DNA of 64,000 nt, from contig NYZT01000011.1 of the NCBI GenBank assembly GCA_002687275.1, positions 8,040-72,039 on the forward strand, in the 5' to 3' direction. Positions within the stretch are counted from its first letter, which is position 1. Every line of letters begins with the position of its first letter. Source of the stretch: Candidatus Woesearchaeota archaeon. Its GTDB lineage: Archaea > Nanobdellota > Nanobdellia > Woesearchaeales > ARS49. This document shows positions 9,992-18,183 of this stretch, piece after piece. Both the position numbers and the translations under genes were made by a program. Under the pieces are notes generated by a model, which saw nothing but the letters and a program-made list of their open reading frames with translations, did no database searches and had not been told where the DNA came from.

Positions 9992-10305
9992 GACCAAACG
10001 CCGCGAAAATCTTTATACTTCCTAGCCGTGCTTTCGAGGTCGCCTTCGCGACACGTGCCAACAAACTCGGCACCACCCTCAAAGGTTTTCACATGCTCTG
10101 CGTACCATTTTTGTAATCCTGTATCATCTCCTATGGTGACATCTATGGCATCGATGGGGATTTCTATCACTCGCTCGTACGCGCACCATACTCCTTTTCT
10201 ACTCCCTTCGGGGATGCGAAAAAGGACGTAATGGAATTCAGGCAGTCGAGTATGCATGATGTTATTACTTACGCACGACATAAAAAGATATTCTAAAAAG
10301 GGCAC
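9988..10305 (-). CDS. hypothetical protein
   Basis: ORF in a gap between convergent/divergent neighbours; no recognisable motif. Confidence 0.25.
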   Translation of the reverse strand: MPFLEYLFMSCVSNNIMHTRLPEFHYVLFRIPEGSRKGVWCAYERVIEIPIDAIDVTIGDDTGLQKWYAEHVKTFEGGAEFVGTCREGDLESTARKYKDFRGVWS

Positions 10306-10319
10306 ACGTTATTGTATGC

Positions 10320-10877
10320 CTATCTCAGCTTCTTGGCATCCTTGTCTCGGATGTCCCAGACCTCAGAAGGGATGGGGCTTAGCTCTCCGGCATCGATGAT
10401 GTAGTCCACGTACAGATCAGAATCTAGCTGGGAGATGCTGGTGCAGACGCGACCGCCGTGCTTGTTCGCACTCGTTGTCACTATCGGAACGCCTGTGGCT
10501 TGCAACAATTGGGTTATGGGATGGTCAGGAATGCGTACGCCGATGCTTGCGTGAGGTGCGACATCTTTCAGAAGGTCTGTATCCTTCTTGTCCATGATGA
10601 ACGTGAGCTTTGCAGGCAACTCCTTTAGTCGCTCTCTATGCCTGCTGTCGCAGTGCTCATCGATCCACTCCATGCTGGGCGCGATAACGCTCAGTGGTGC
10701 ATCTGTCTGTTTGAGCTCTCGAAGTTTTTTGACCGCCTTCGGGTTGGTGGCATCACACCCAATCCCATAGATGGTGTCGGTGGGGTAGATGATGAGCTTG
10801 CCCTTGAGCAACTCAAACTTGAGATCCTCTTGCAATGTGGGGGTGGCCTGGACGTCCTGCCACGAGATGATTTTCAT
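10320..10877 (-). CDS. YrdC/Sua5-domain protein (L-threonylcarbamoyladenylate synthase family)
   Basis: IYPTDTIYGIGCDATNPKAVKKLRELKQTDAPLSVI is the YrdC-domain signature. At 185 aa it is YrdC-only, with no Sua5 C-terminal domain. Confidence 0.7.
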   Translation of the reverse strand: MKIISWQDVQATPTLQEDLKFELLKGKLIIYPTDTIYGIGCDATNPKAVKKLRELKQTDAPLSVIAPSMEWIDEHCDSRHRERLKELPAKLTFIMDKKDTDLLKDVAPHASIGVRIPDHPITQLLQATGVPIVTTSANKHGGRVCTSISQLDSDLYVDYIIDAGELSPIPSEVWDIRDKDAKKLR

Positions 10878-10939
10878 TGATTTTCAAGAACGCACATGAT
10901 TAATAAAGTTTCCCGGAAACGCTTTTAAAGGCGAGTTGG

Positions 10940-11731
10940 TTGCTAGGGTGGATGAAAAAGGTCCAGCAAGCGCTAGGCGAATTACGACGGAGCGTGCTCT
11001 CTGTGGTGCTGTTCCAGAAGTACATAGACACCTTGGTCGTGTTTGCCCTGTGCTTTCTAGCCACCGTGCTCGTGAGCGTGGACTGGCGATGGGCTTTCCT
11101 ACCCACCGTGCTCTACCTGGTAGTCCACTGTTGGGGAGGCCTGAGAGAGGCCAAGCTTGCAGAGGTCGAGGCAAAAGTGCCAGAGATGGAGATGCAATTG
11201 AGAACTGTTGCAGACAACGAAGGCCACGAAAACCAAGTCATAAAGGAATTACAACAGGAAGTGCTTGACCGCATGAAAAAGGTAAAGACCAGCGTGTTCG
11301 TGCACTTTGGCAGGATCGGCGTCAGAGTTATGTCGCTAGTATTCCTGAGCTTGGTGACCATCTTCGTGAGCGCGAGCAACATCCAATTCCTGGACCTGCC
11401 AACAACCATTGACGCCATTCGTTCTGGAGAGAGACCAGACCACGACCTTAACGCTTCCTTGCTAGAACTGTTGCAAAACGACAGCGAGTACGCGTATGGC
11501 AATCGCAGCGTGGCAGAACTCGGCTATGAGGAGTTAGAACTCAAAATAAGCCCGGTCATGAGCGAGATAGAAATAGGGCAGGTTGAGGACCCCACCCAGA
11601 AACAGTTCTCAGAACGCGCAGGCGCGGCAGGCAAGGCACAAAAAACCGGTGGCACCTACCAAGAGTCAGAAAAGGTAAAAGAAAACTACGACCTAGTCCA
11701 AAAATACTTCACCGGCATCAGCGGGAAGTGA
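10940..11731 (+). CDS. membrane protein with coiled-coil segment
   Basis: Several hydrophobic helices (VVLFQKYIDTLVVFALCFLATVLVSV..., VMSLVFLSLVTIFV) and a charged helical region; no family recognised. Confidence 0.4.
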   Translation: MLGWMKKVQQALGELRRSVLSVVLFQKYIDTLVVFALCFLATVLVSVDWRWAFLPTVLYLVVHCWGGLREAKLAEVEAKVPEMEMQLRTVADNEGHENQVIKELQQEVLDRMKKVKTSVFVHFGRIGVRVMSLVFLSLVTIFVSASNIQFLDLPTTIDAIRSGERPDHDLNASLLELLQNDSEYAYGNRSVAELGYEELELKISPVMSEIEIGQVEDPTQKQFSERAGAAGKAQKTGGTYQESEKVKENYDLVQKYFTGISGK

Positions 11732-11927
11732 TCTCCACCACCTTAATCCTTGACGTTTTCCCCTGGACTATGCGAACGTCAGACTTCTTCACCATGAATT
11801 GTTTAGCAACTAAAGCTATGACTGCAAGATTTGCCCTTCCTCCTACCGGCTTTGCCGTGACGTACGCCTTGCCTGCGGCAAGCTTTTCCTGCTTTGCGTT
11901 TGGAATGACCCGGATGGTGAGACGCAT
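11718..11927 (-). CDS. DUF167 (YggU-like) small protein
   Basis: LTIRVIPNAKQEKL...AKPVGGRANLAVIALVAKQF...VRIVQGKTSRIKVVEI fits the DUF167 pattern (P.A..n...apP.dGkAN.al...G.tsr.K). Confidence 0.5.
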   Translation of the reverse strand: MRLTIRVIPNAKQEKLAAGKAYVTAKPVGGRANLAVIALVAKQFMVKKSDVRIVQGKTSRIKVVEITSR

Positions 11928-11960
11928 GGGGAACCAAGAACCTTAGAGTTTAAATACTGT

Positions 11961-12374
11961 ATGGTGGTAGGTTATTTGATGACGTTAACGCCTGTAGAGA
12001 GTAATGATTATTTCCCCTTTGCTGAGAAGATAAGACAAACCGTGGCCACGCTGGAGCCTGCTCCTGATGTCGTGCTAGCCATTGACGACCGACTCGCCCA
12101 TGTGTTTGGTGTTGAGTCAACAGAAGACCTCACCACGCTTTACTTTAATGCTGGTCAAAACACTGCGGATCACGAAGGAAAATTAGACGAAATACGGTTT
12201 GATCATTGTGAAGACAGAATGGTCATCGTCACCCTGAACCAGAACGCTTATGACTTCTTCAGAGCACGTTTTCCTGGTGCCGACAAGGATTATATCTCAT
12301 GCCCCGAAGGCCAGATCAGACTTGTACGCCACGAAACCGGCCCTGAGCCCATAATTGAAGCAGCCAACAACTAA
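11961..12374 (+). CDS. hypothetical protein
   Basis: 137-aa ORF with no recognisable motif. Confidence 0.35.
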   Translation: MVVGYLMTLTPVESNDYFPFAEKIRQTVATLEPAPDVVLAIDDRLAHVFGVESTEDLTTLYFNAGQNTADHEGKLDEIRFDHCEDRMVIVTLNQNAYDFFRARFPGADKDYISCPEGQIRLVRHETGPEPIIEAANN

Positions 12375-12921
12375 CCACGTAGAGCAGCACGATCATCAAC
12401 AGCATGTCTACGAAAAATATTTCTGGCAGCAACCGAATAAGGTAGGAGTCGGGTGGGAAGGTGTAGTTGCCCTGAGGGAAGAACCACTCATGGAACCATA
12501 TGAATGAGCGGCTGAAAAACACCATGATCAATGCTAGCGGGGCGAGCAGCCATATCCCTTGTCTCGAGGCAACAAGCAATGCCGCTCGCTTGTTAGGCAA
12601 CAACAGCATGCACCCTACCGTGAGCCAGAGCAGCAAGGCAAATGCCGCTGTCACAGAATGCATGACGTCCTTGACATCTGCCATGTGGCTCCTCTCATCA
12701 TCGGTAAGCTCCAAATCAAGCTTTTCTCGCCATAAGAAGTACGCAATCATACTGTTGGCAGCCTTGTCAGGCTCTCCCACGCCAAAACTGTCGTACGTGC
12801 CTGCATGCCAAAAGCCCAGGCTGTACGCTAGTGGGTTGTACATGACAAGATTAGCGCTTAACAGCAGTAGTGTTATAGGGAATAGGGCCAGTAAAACATG
12901 GAGCACGATGGTGTTCCGCAT
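12316..12921 (-). CDS. integral membrane protein
   Basis: Multiple predicted TM helices (LHVLLALFPITLLLL, LLWLTVGCMLLL, WLLAPLALIMVFF, MLLMIVLLYVVSCWLL). Confidence 0.45.
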   Translation of the reverse strand: MRNTIVLHVLLALFPITLLLLSANLVMYNPLAYSLGFWHAGTYDSFGVGEPDKAANSMIAYFLWREKLDLELTDDERSHMADVKDVMHSVTAAFALLLWLTVGCMLLLPNKRAALLVASRQGIWLLAPLALIMVFFSRSFIWFHEWFFPQGNYTFPPDSYLIRLLPEIFFVDMLLMIVLLYVVSCWLLQLWAQGRFRGVQV

Positions 12922-12983
12922 TATAAAACCCTAAACAGAACCTTTATAAACCTTTACGCAATCTTCAGTCTTACTGGGGATGG

Positions 12984-13379
12984 GTGTATTCCAAGTTCTC
13001 CCAGTATTCGAAGACGATGGACGAAAACAATCATGACGCTGCTGTGCTTAACGCCTACCTACTTGCGGACAGGTGGAAGCTTGTTGAGGGAACTGGCTGG
13101 GATGCTGTGTACCAGCGAGAAAACGGAGAAATGCAAAAAGAGTCACTTGCCAAGATTGCACACAGCGCGACGTATCTTGGGTTTAAAACGGGAGCAGCAC
13201 ACCCTGACGAGGCAAGATGGCAAAACATTCCCAAACCTTCCCTTGAAGATGAGGGGCTCGAGCTGAAGATGACGATGGGCGTTGCCATGGGCTGGGGCTG
13301 GCGAAAAAGAGTGGCTAACGAAGCTGAGACTCAAACTTCTGGTACGAATGGTGCTGTGCATACGGCGGCACCACGATAG
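12984..13379 (+). CDS. hypothetical protein
   Basis: Plausible soluble protein ORF; no motif recognised. Confidence 0.3.
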   Translation: MYSKFSQYSKTMDENNHDAAVLNAYLLADRWKLVEGTGWDAVYQRENGEMQKESLAKIAHSATYLGFKTGAAHPDEARWQNIPKPSLEDEGLELKMTMGVAMGWGWRKRVANEAETQTSGTNGAVHTAAPR

Positions 13380-13671
13380 CTGCCAAGAACACAACCACCC
13401 AGACCATCATTACTAATAGTGGCGGTCGGGTTTGCAAGCTTGCGAGAATGACGCTAAACGCGACTATTGCCCCAAGAATGGGTGCCACGATACAAACGAT
13501 CTTTCCCGTGTGCGTGTTGATTCTTATACTTCTAAAGAACAGGCTTGGCTCTTTGTTCACGTGCTCGACATAGCACTCGTTATGGTAGCCAAACACGCTC
13601 AAGCCGCGCAGGGCAGTGGTGAGCTCATTCTTAGAACGGATGTCTTTTCCACACCTGTGGCACTCAACCAT
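13315..13671 (-). CDS. zinc-ribbon membrane protein
   Basis: N-terminal CHRCGK...HNEC (CxxC...HxxC) followed by two TM helices. Confidence 0.4.
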   Translation of the reverse strand: MVECHRCGKDIRSKNELTTALRGLSVFGYHNECYVEHVNKEPSLFFRSIRINTHTGKIVCIVAPILGAIVAFSVILASLQTRPPLLVMMVWVVVFLAAIVVPPYAQHHSYQKFESQLR

Positions 13672-13891
13672 GCTCCTGGCCCGGAGTTTTTGTATTTAAG
13701 CGTTGCGTTCTGTCGTCCATTGCTTAGCATGGAATCTCATGCTTGATTTTGCCTGGACTTGGTCACAATGATGGCTATCCCAGTCAGGAACTTGTTTTGG
13801 TTTTGCGATGTGTGCTGCACGCAATATGCCTGATCTTCCAAGAGCACTTAGTAGAATCCACTTCCTTCCGTCGCGTTCAACAAATGGAAGA

Positions 13892-14137
13892 TCAACGGAC
13901 TTCATGGACTTTCCCTTCCTTGTGCAAATGTTCTAGGGCTTCGTTAATGTCTGGGAAGGGGAGTTTTGTTTTGAGATGTAGGTCGATAACATCAAACTTT
14001 TTTTTACCTTCTCGCTTAAGACTTTGGATACACTGTGTCACCTGCTTCCGTGCAGACTTGTTGGTGTTGTTCTGTTTACGTTGGATGGTGGCAACCTCTT
14101 CTTCCAAGCGCTCCACTCTTGTTACTATTGACTCCAT
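13892..14137 (-). CDS. small putative winged-helix DNA-binding protein
   Basis: 81 aa with an N-terminal coiled segment and a C-terminal FDVIDLHLKT...INEALEHLHKEGKVHEV helix-turn-wing-like segment. Lies next to the TCCGGAA palindrome. Confidence 0.3.
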   Translation of the reverse strand: MESIVTRVERLEEEVATIQRKQNNTNKSARKQVTQCIQSLKREGKKKFDVIDLHLKTKLPFPDINEALEHLHKEGKVHEVR

Positions 14138-14178
14138 AATAGTCTTGTTCCCATTTTGCTTTTTAAGCGTTGCGGAAT

Positions 14179-14200
14179 AATTTCCGGAAGATTTCCGGTT
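14179..14200. promoter_or_regulatory. TCCGGAAGATTTCCGG palindromic motif (copy 1)
   Basis: aatttccggaagatttccggtt; the inverted repeat TCCGGAA-N2-TTCCGGA is identical to the 16-mer at 38309-38324. Confidence 0.45.
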
Positions 14201-14702
14201 AGAGACGCATTTGCTTTGCTAGCACTATCTTTTTCTTGCCTACCATTTCTGCCTCTCTGACTTTGGTGCAGGGCAGTGCAAGTTTATGCACTTCTACCGC
14301 AAAGCCGAGCTGTTGGAGTTTTGGAATGCACTTTTTTTGGCTTTTTTGTAGTTGTTCGTGCCCGAGCTTGCACTCTACAAACTTGAAGCGTCCGTTTCTA
14401 TAACAAAGAAAGTCTGGCATGCCGTGGTGCACGATGGCTAGGTATTTCAGGTGGCAGAGCGTGCCAACGCGGTGCTTTTCTAATAGCTTGCATAGCCTTT
14501 CGTACTTCTTCCTCACGTTTGGATAAAGATTAACGCGTAGGGTGATGTCGATGAGTGCGCTTCTCCACACCTCCCACCCTTGCTTTTCTAGTCGTTTTCG
14601 TAAGTACTTCTCTGACAGCCCTCTCCTTTGGGTGGGCATGAACAGCATGGGCACGTAGACGTGCTTTACTGGCTCGTACTCGAATAGTTGCGTCTGACTC
14701 AC
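14199..14702 (-). CDS. VRR-NUC / PD-(D/E)xK family nuclease
   Basis: GMPDFLCYRNGRFKFVECKLGHEQL gives a PD...(E)CK catalytic motif typical of VRR-NUC. Gene is bracketed by TTCCGGAA palindromes on both sides. Confidence 0.5.
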   Translation of the reverse strand: MSQTQLFEYEPVKHVYVPMLFMPTQRRGLSEKYLRKRLEKQGWEVWRSALIDITLRVNLYPNVRKKYERLCKLLEKHRVGTLCHLKYLAIVHHGMPDFLCYRNGRFKFVECKLGHEQLQKSQKKCIPKLQQLGFAVEVHKLALPCTKVREAEMVGKKKIVLAKQMRL

Positions 14703-14781
14703 CCATCAAAGAAGCGTTTCGTGCTTAAAACCCTCACGCGCCCGTGTCCAGTGTCTAGTGGCACCGACGGAGACGGAAGCT

Positions 14782-14810
14782 TTCCGTATATTCCGGAAGC
14801 CTTCCGGAAG
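14782..14810. promoter_or_regulatory. TTCCGGAAG palindromic motif, tandem (copy 2)
   Basis: ttccgtatattccggaagccttccggaag; two adjacent self-complementary TTCCGGAA units in the upstream region of the VRR-NUC gene. Confidence 0.45.
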
Positions 14811-14865
14811 TTTACTCACAAGCGAATTTCCTTCTATATAGAAAAGAATTCGGGCATAGCCACAG

Positions 14866-15678
14866 CTAGGTTTGTTCCCTTTCAAAAAACTCGTACATGT
14901 TGGCCGCCTCGGCGGGAATAGGGAGGTCATCCACCTCGATCAGGTACTCGGCAAGGTGGGGTAGGGTGCAGTGCCTTCTTGCCAACGCTTGTAGGGGTGG
15001 GTACCGCCATCCGTGCTCGTCAACGATGACGACAGAGATGTCGTGAGCGTAAGCAGCCCCCATCATGAAGCAAGCGTGTCTATCCCAATCCTTTCCTGCA
15101 GGGAAGTAGGCCACGATGAGATCAAACTGGGGCATGTGGCGAGACTCTTGGTAGGCGTCATCCGAGATCAACAGTGTTCTGTCCGGGCGCTCGTTCCTGA
15201 CACGCGCGTATACTTCATCCATGGCCCCATCACTCTCGCCGCAAATTAGAATGGTGTTGATGGGCAGGCGCTCGTCAGTGCCCGCAGGATACTTACTCTC
15301 GATGTAGACGTCCTTTTTTGGTAGTTTAGGTTGGGTCTTGAGATAGGAAATAGCTTCGTCTAAAGAACCAAAATGATCGTCTGCCAACTGCTCAAGAAGC
15401 GGGTCTGGGTTTTCCTCATCCACAACGATGAGGTGGTTGCCGTGCGCACTCGCAACCGCGATCTCTGCATAGCTCATCACACCACGACTCTTTCCTTTTG
15501 GGAAAATGGCTAGCGCAACAGGACACTTCTCTGCCTCCCTCAGATCATCGTGTGCGAGCTTGAGCACGCTGGATTGACGGTGCTCTCTAGGATCAGAAAA
15601 GGAATATTGAGGCAATGCTTCAATGATGCCATCTCGAAAGCCATGGAACGAGCCAATCAGGTATACCTTGTCCATCAC
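14866..15678 (-). CDS. tandem nucleoside 2-deoxyribosyltransferase-like (Rossmann/SLOG-type) domain protein
   Basis: Two internal repeats: KVYLIGSF...ALAIFPKGKSRGVMSYAEIAVASAHGNHLIVV and TILICGESDG...LIVAYFPAGKDWDRHACFMMGAAYAHDISVVIV. Both fit the NDT-like pattern (YLAG...D.GT.fE.GyA.a.gkpv); the second copy lacks the conserved Glu. Confidence 0.45.
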   Translation of the reverse strand: MMDKVYLIGSFHGFRDGIIEALPQYSFSDPREHRQSSVLKLAHDDLREAEKCPVALAIFPKGKSRGVMSYAEIAVASAHGNHLIVVDEENPDPLLEQLADDHFGSLDEAISYLKTQPKLPKKDVYIESKYPAGTDERLPINTILICGESDGAMDEVYARVRNERPDRTLLISDDAYQESRHMPQFDLIVAYFPAGKDWDRHACFMMGAAYAHDISVVIVDEHGWRYPPLQALARRHCTLPHLAEYLIEVDDLPIPAEAANMYEFFEREQT

Positions 15679-15710
15679 GAAAGAAAACGTTCTTGGCTTA
15701 AGAAGATGTT

Positions 15711-16241
15711 CTACCGTACCACGATGACGTCCATGCTGTCGGGGTTGTGTCCGAGGAGTCCTGTAGTTGTAGCGACATAGTTGTACGGGTTGGGACCGCT
15801 TGCCCCTGAAATGGTGGTCTTCATCATAAGATTATGGACGCCTTTGAAACCGCCATGGCCGTCATTGTCTCCAGGGGTTGGCAAGCTGATGAATTGTTCA
15901 CCTGGTGCCAGCCTGCCAAACTTTGTGGTTTCGTAAGACTCTTCAGGATGGCCCTCAAAAAGATTTCTTGGTTTGAGATATGCTGGCATAACAACGATCG
16001 CGTCCCATTGATCAGGACGCAGAGGTTCGCTTCTCACTTCTTGTATAACCCGATCGCCATGCTCTTCGTTAACACCCAAATAGAAACGCCGCAGTGTTGC
16101 GTCATTAGTCGCAGGATCCGCCAACCACATAAGATCCTTTCCACCAAGATCGTCCATGGTTGCCTGGTGTCTGGAATCCACGACAATTGCCTTTGGGCCT
16201 CGTGCTTTCGTTAGTATGTGTCCTGGCAGGAAAATTCTCAT
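15711..16241 (-). CDS. hypothetical protein
   Basis: 176-aa ORF in the same orientation as its neighbours; Gly/Pro-rich C-terminal half; no family recognised. Confidence 0.4.
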   Translation of the reverse strand: MRIFLPGHILTKARGPKAIVVDSRHQATMDDLGGKDLMWLADPATNDATLRRFYLGVNEEHGDRVIQEVRSEPLRPDQWDAIVVMPAYLKPRNLFEGHPEESYETTKFGRLAPGEQFISLPTPGDNDGHGGFKGVHNLMMKTTISGASGPNPYNYVATTTGLLGHNPDSMDVIVVR

Positions 16242-16281
16242 GGGTCAAAAAATGAGAAACCATATCTAAAGATGAGGGTGG

Positions 16282-16560
16282 TTACTCTGGCTTATCCGCT
16301 TTCACGTACTTAGTGATCCAGCCTTCCATTCTGAAGTAGCTACCGCTGCCGTCAGGGTCAAAAATCAGGTATATGGGTTTTCCTTCCTTGTTCTTTTCGG
16401 TTTCGTACTTTCCCAAAAAGGAGGTACCATCAGGGCGAACGCCCACCATGAGCGCTGGCGGGGTGATGGGGGTAGGTACGGTAACCGTGGTCCTTTGTTG
16501 GGGCACGGCTTGGCATCCTGCCAGTATGGCCGATAACGCCACAGGTATTACCCATCTCAT
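16282..16560 (-). CDS. small lipoprotein
   Basis: Signal peptide with lipobox MRWVIPVALSAILAGCQAV. Confidence 0.45.
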   Translation of the reverse strand: MRWVIPVALSAILAGCQAVPQQRTTVTVPTPITPPALMVGVRPDGTSFLGKYETEKNKEGKPIYLIFDPDGSGSYFRMEGWITKYVKADKPE

Positions 16561-16697
16561 AAGACTCGGAAGAAGATGGAGGTATATAAATATGCCTCTA
16601 CATGGCTACTTCACTTCCACAAAGTTAATAAGCTAGGCCGCAATCGTCGTCTACAACCGGGTGAGCGACGATAACGAACTATATCCGAAACATTGCT

Positions 16698-17084
16698 ATG
16701 TATGTCATGATGGGGGTGGCAGCAATCCAAACTTTTGGCTGTCATACTGCCGGCAAAGTTCGTTCCACCGTGCTTCCTTTCACGTCACACTACTTTCCCA
16801 ACACGCTTTTTGAGAGCCGAGAGGCAGAAAACGTAACCTCCATGGTCTTCCAACGCTTGTACGACGCCACAGGAAAAGCCCTAAGTCCACAACAACAAGA
16901 GACCTACATGCGCTCCAAGTGGGACCTTCGCAGAGACAGACGAGGAGATGAGCACGCCATGAAAAGAGGCAAAGTGTTCATCTCACTATGGGAAGCCCGA
17001 CGCGTGCTACAGATGTGGGACAAGCAAGACCACATGAAAGCTGTGGAAGAGCTAGTGCGGGAAGGCAAAGAATCTAAGCTTTAA
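16698..17084 (+). CDS. hypothetical protein
   Basis: ORF with a possible N-terminal hydrophobic segment; no motif recognised. Confidence 0.3.
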   Translation: MYVMMGVAAIQTFGCHTAGKVRSTVLPFTSHYFPNTLFESREAENVTSMVFQRLYDATGKALSPQQQETYMRSKWDLRRDRRGDEHAMKRGKVFISLWEARRVLQMWDKQDHMKAVEELVREGKESKL

Positions 17085-17121
17085 CACTAAAATTTATATT
17101 CTAGTACGCTTCGCCAGTGGT

Positions 17122-17595
17122 ATGGAGCTCATTTCCGCGCCAGACCCGCAATGGGAGACGCTAAAAAAGTACGCAGTCATCCCGACCGTTGATCTCATCA
17201 TTGAATGGGGAGACAAGGGAATCTTGTTTGTTCGCCGCAAGGTAGAGCCGTACAAGGGATTATGGGCATTTCCCGGTTTGCGCGTGTACAAGCCAGAGGA
17301 CATCCCTGACGCCATCCGACGTGTTGCCAAGAGCCAGGTAGGCTTGGATGTTTCAGGATGCATTGCCATACCTCTCGGCCAGTTCGTTGGCAAGTTCAAA
17401 GACCGTCAAGATATTAGTGCAGGTTACTACGTCAAACTCTTAGACACCGACCAGCACATACAGCTAAACGCAGACCATCTTGCCGCCTACGAGTTCTTCA
17501 AAGACGTCCCCGAAGGCACGGGAAGCATGTACGCCCACTTCTTCGAGGAATACTTGAAATTAAAACACGGAGAGATATCTAAGATTGAGCTATGA
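17122..17595 (+). CDS. NUDIX-fold protein with degenerate NUDIX box
   Basis: NUDIX-fold layout (IPTVDLIIEWGDKGILFVRRKVEPYKGLWAFPGLRVYKPEDIPDAIRRVAKSQVGLD). In the box the REUxEE glutamates are replaced (RRVAKSQVG). Confidence 0.45.
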   Translation: MELISAPDPQWETLKKYAVIPTVDLIIEWGDKGILFVRRKVEPYKGLWAFPGLRVYKPEDIPDAIRRVAKSQVGLDVSGCIAIPLGQFVGKFKDRQDISAGYYVKLLDTDQHIQLNADHLAAYEFFKDVPEGTGSMYAHFFEEYLKLKHGEISKIEL

Positions 17596-17945
17596 CTGTT
17601 CTCTCACTAGATTTCGACGGCGTGCTTGCCGAGTACCACGGCTACAAAGGCAGGGGGGTGTTTGGCAAGCCCATGCCAGGGGTGAAACAATTTCTTGAGC
17701 GAATAAAAAAAGCAGGCATTGGCTTTGTGGTAATAACAACAAGAAAGGAGAGCAAGCTAGTCAAGGAATGGTTTGTCAAGAATGACCTTCCCCTGCCCTC
17801 AAAGATCACCAACCAAAAAGTTTCTGCCTCTGCTTATGTTGATGATCGAGGCATAACCTTCACAGGAGATTTTGACAAGCTCGTAAAAGACCTGAGGAAG
17901 TTTACCGTCCACTGGCGAGACAAGAAAGTGTTCAAAGACTTATAA
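17592..17945 (+). CDS. HAD-like hydrolase (small phosphatase)
   Basis: N-terminal LSLDFDGVLA (DxDGV motif I) and ITTRKES (motif II T) and AYVDDRG (motif IV). 4-nt overlap with the upstream NUDIX-like gene. Confidence 0.5.
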   Translation: MTVLSLDFDGVLAEYHGYKGRGVFGKPMPGVKQFLERIKKAGIGFVVITTRKESKLVKEWFVKNDLPLPSKITNQKVSASAYVDDRGITFTGDFDKLVKDLRKFTVHWRDKKVFKDL

Positions 17946-18158
17946 GATTCCTAGTCTGTACAACGCGCAGCCAACCCATGCAACCATGATAAGGTACCAT
18001 ACGCCGAAGGCTTTGGTCACGGGGAACCATTTGGACATGACCGGGAAGTATTTTTTGTAACATTTTTGTTCTCTCCACGCAACGACGTTTGCGCACAAAC
18101 AGTCTGCTGCAACCAAATACCAAAATACGGCTTCCCAAGGGATCATAGGGCTGGGCAA
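17940..18158 (-). CDS. small 2-TM membrane protein (uncertain)
   Basis: 72-aa ORF with two hydrophobic helices; fills the gap between HAD and the oxidoreductase. Confidence 0.25.
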   Translation of the reverse strand: MPSPMIPWEAVFWYLVAADCLCANVVAWREQKCYKKYFPVMSKWFPVTKAFGVWYLIMVAWVGCALYRLGIL

Positions 18159-18183
18159 GAGTTAGGATTAATAAATGCTTTGG

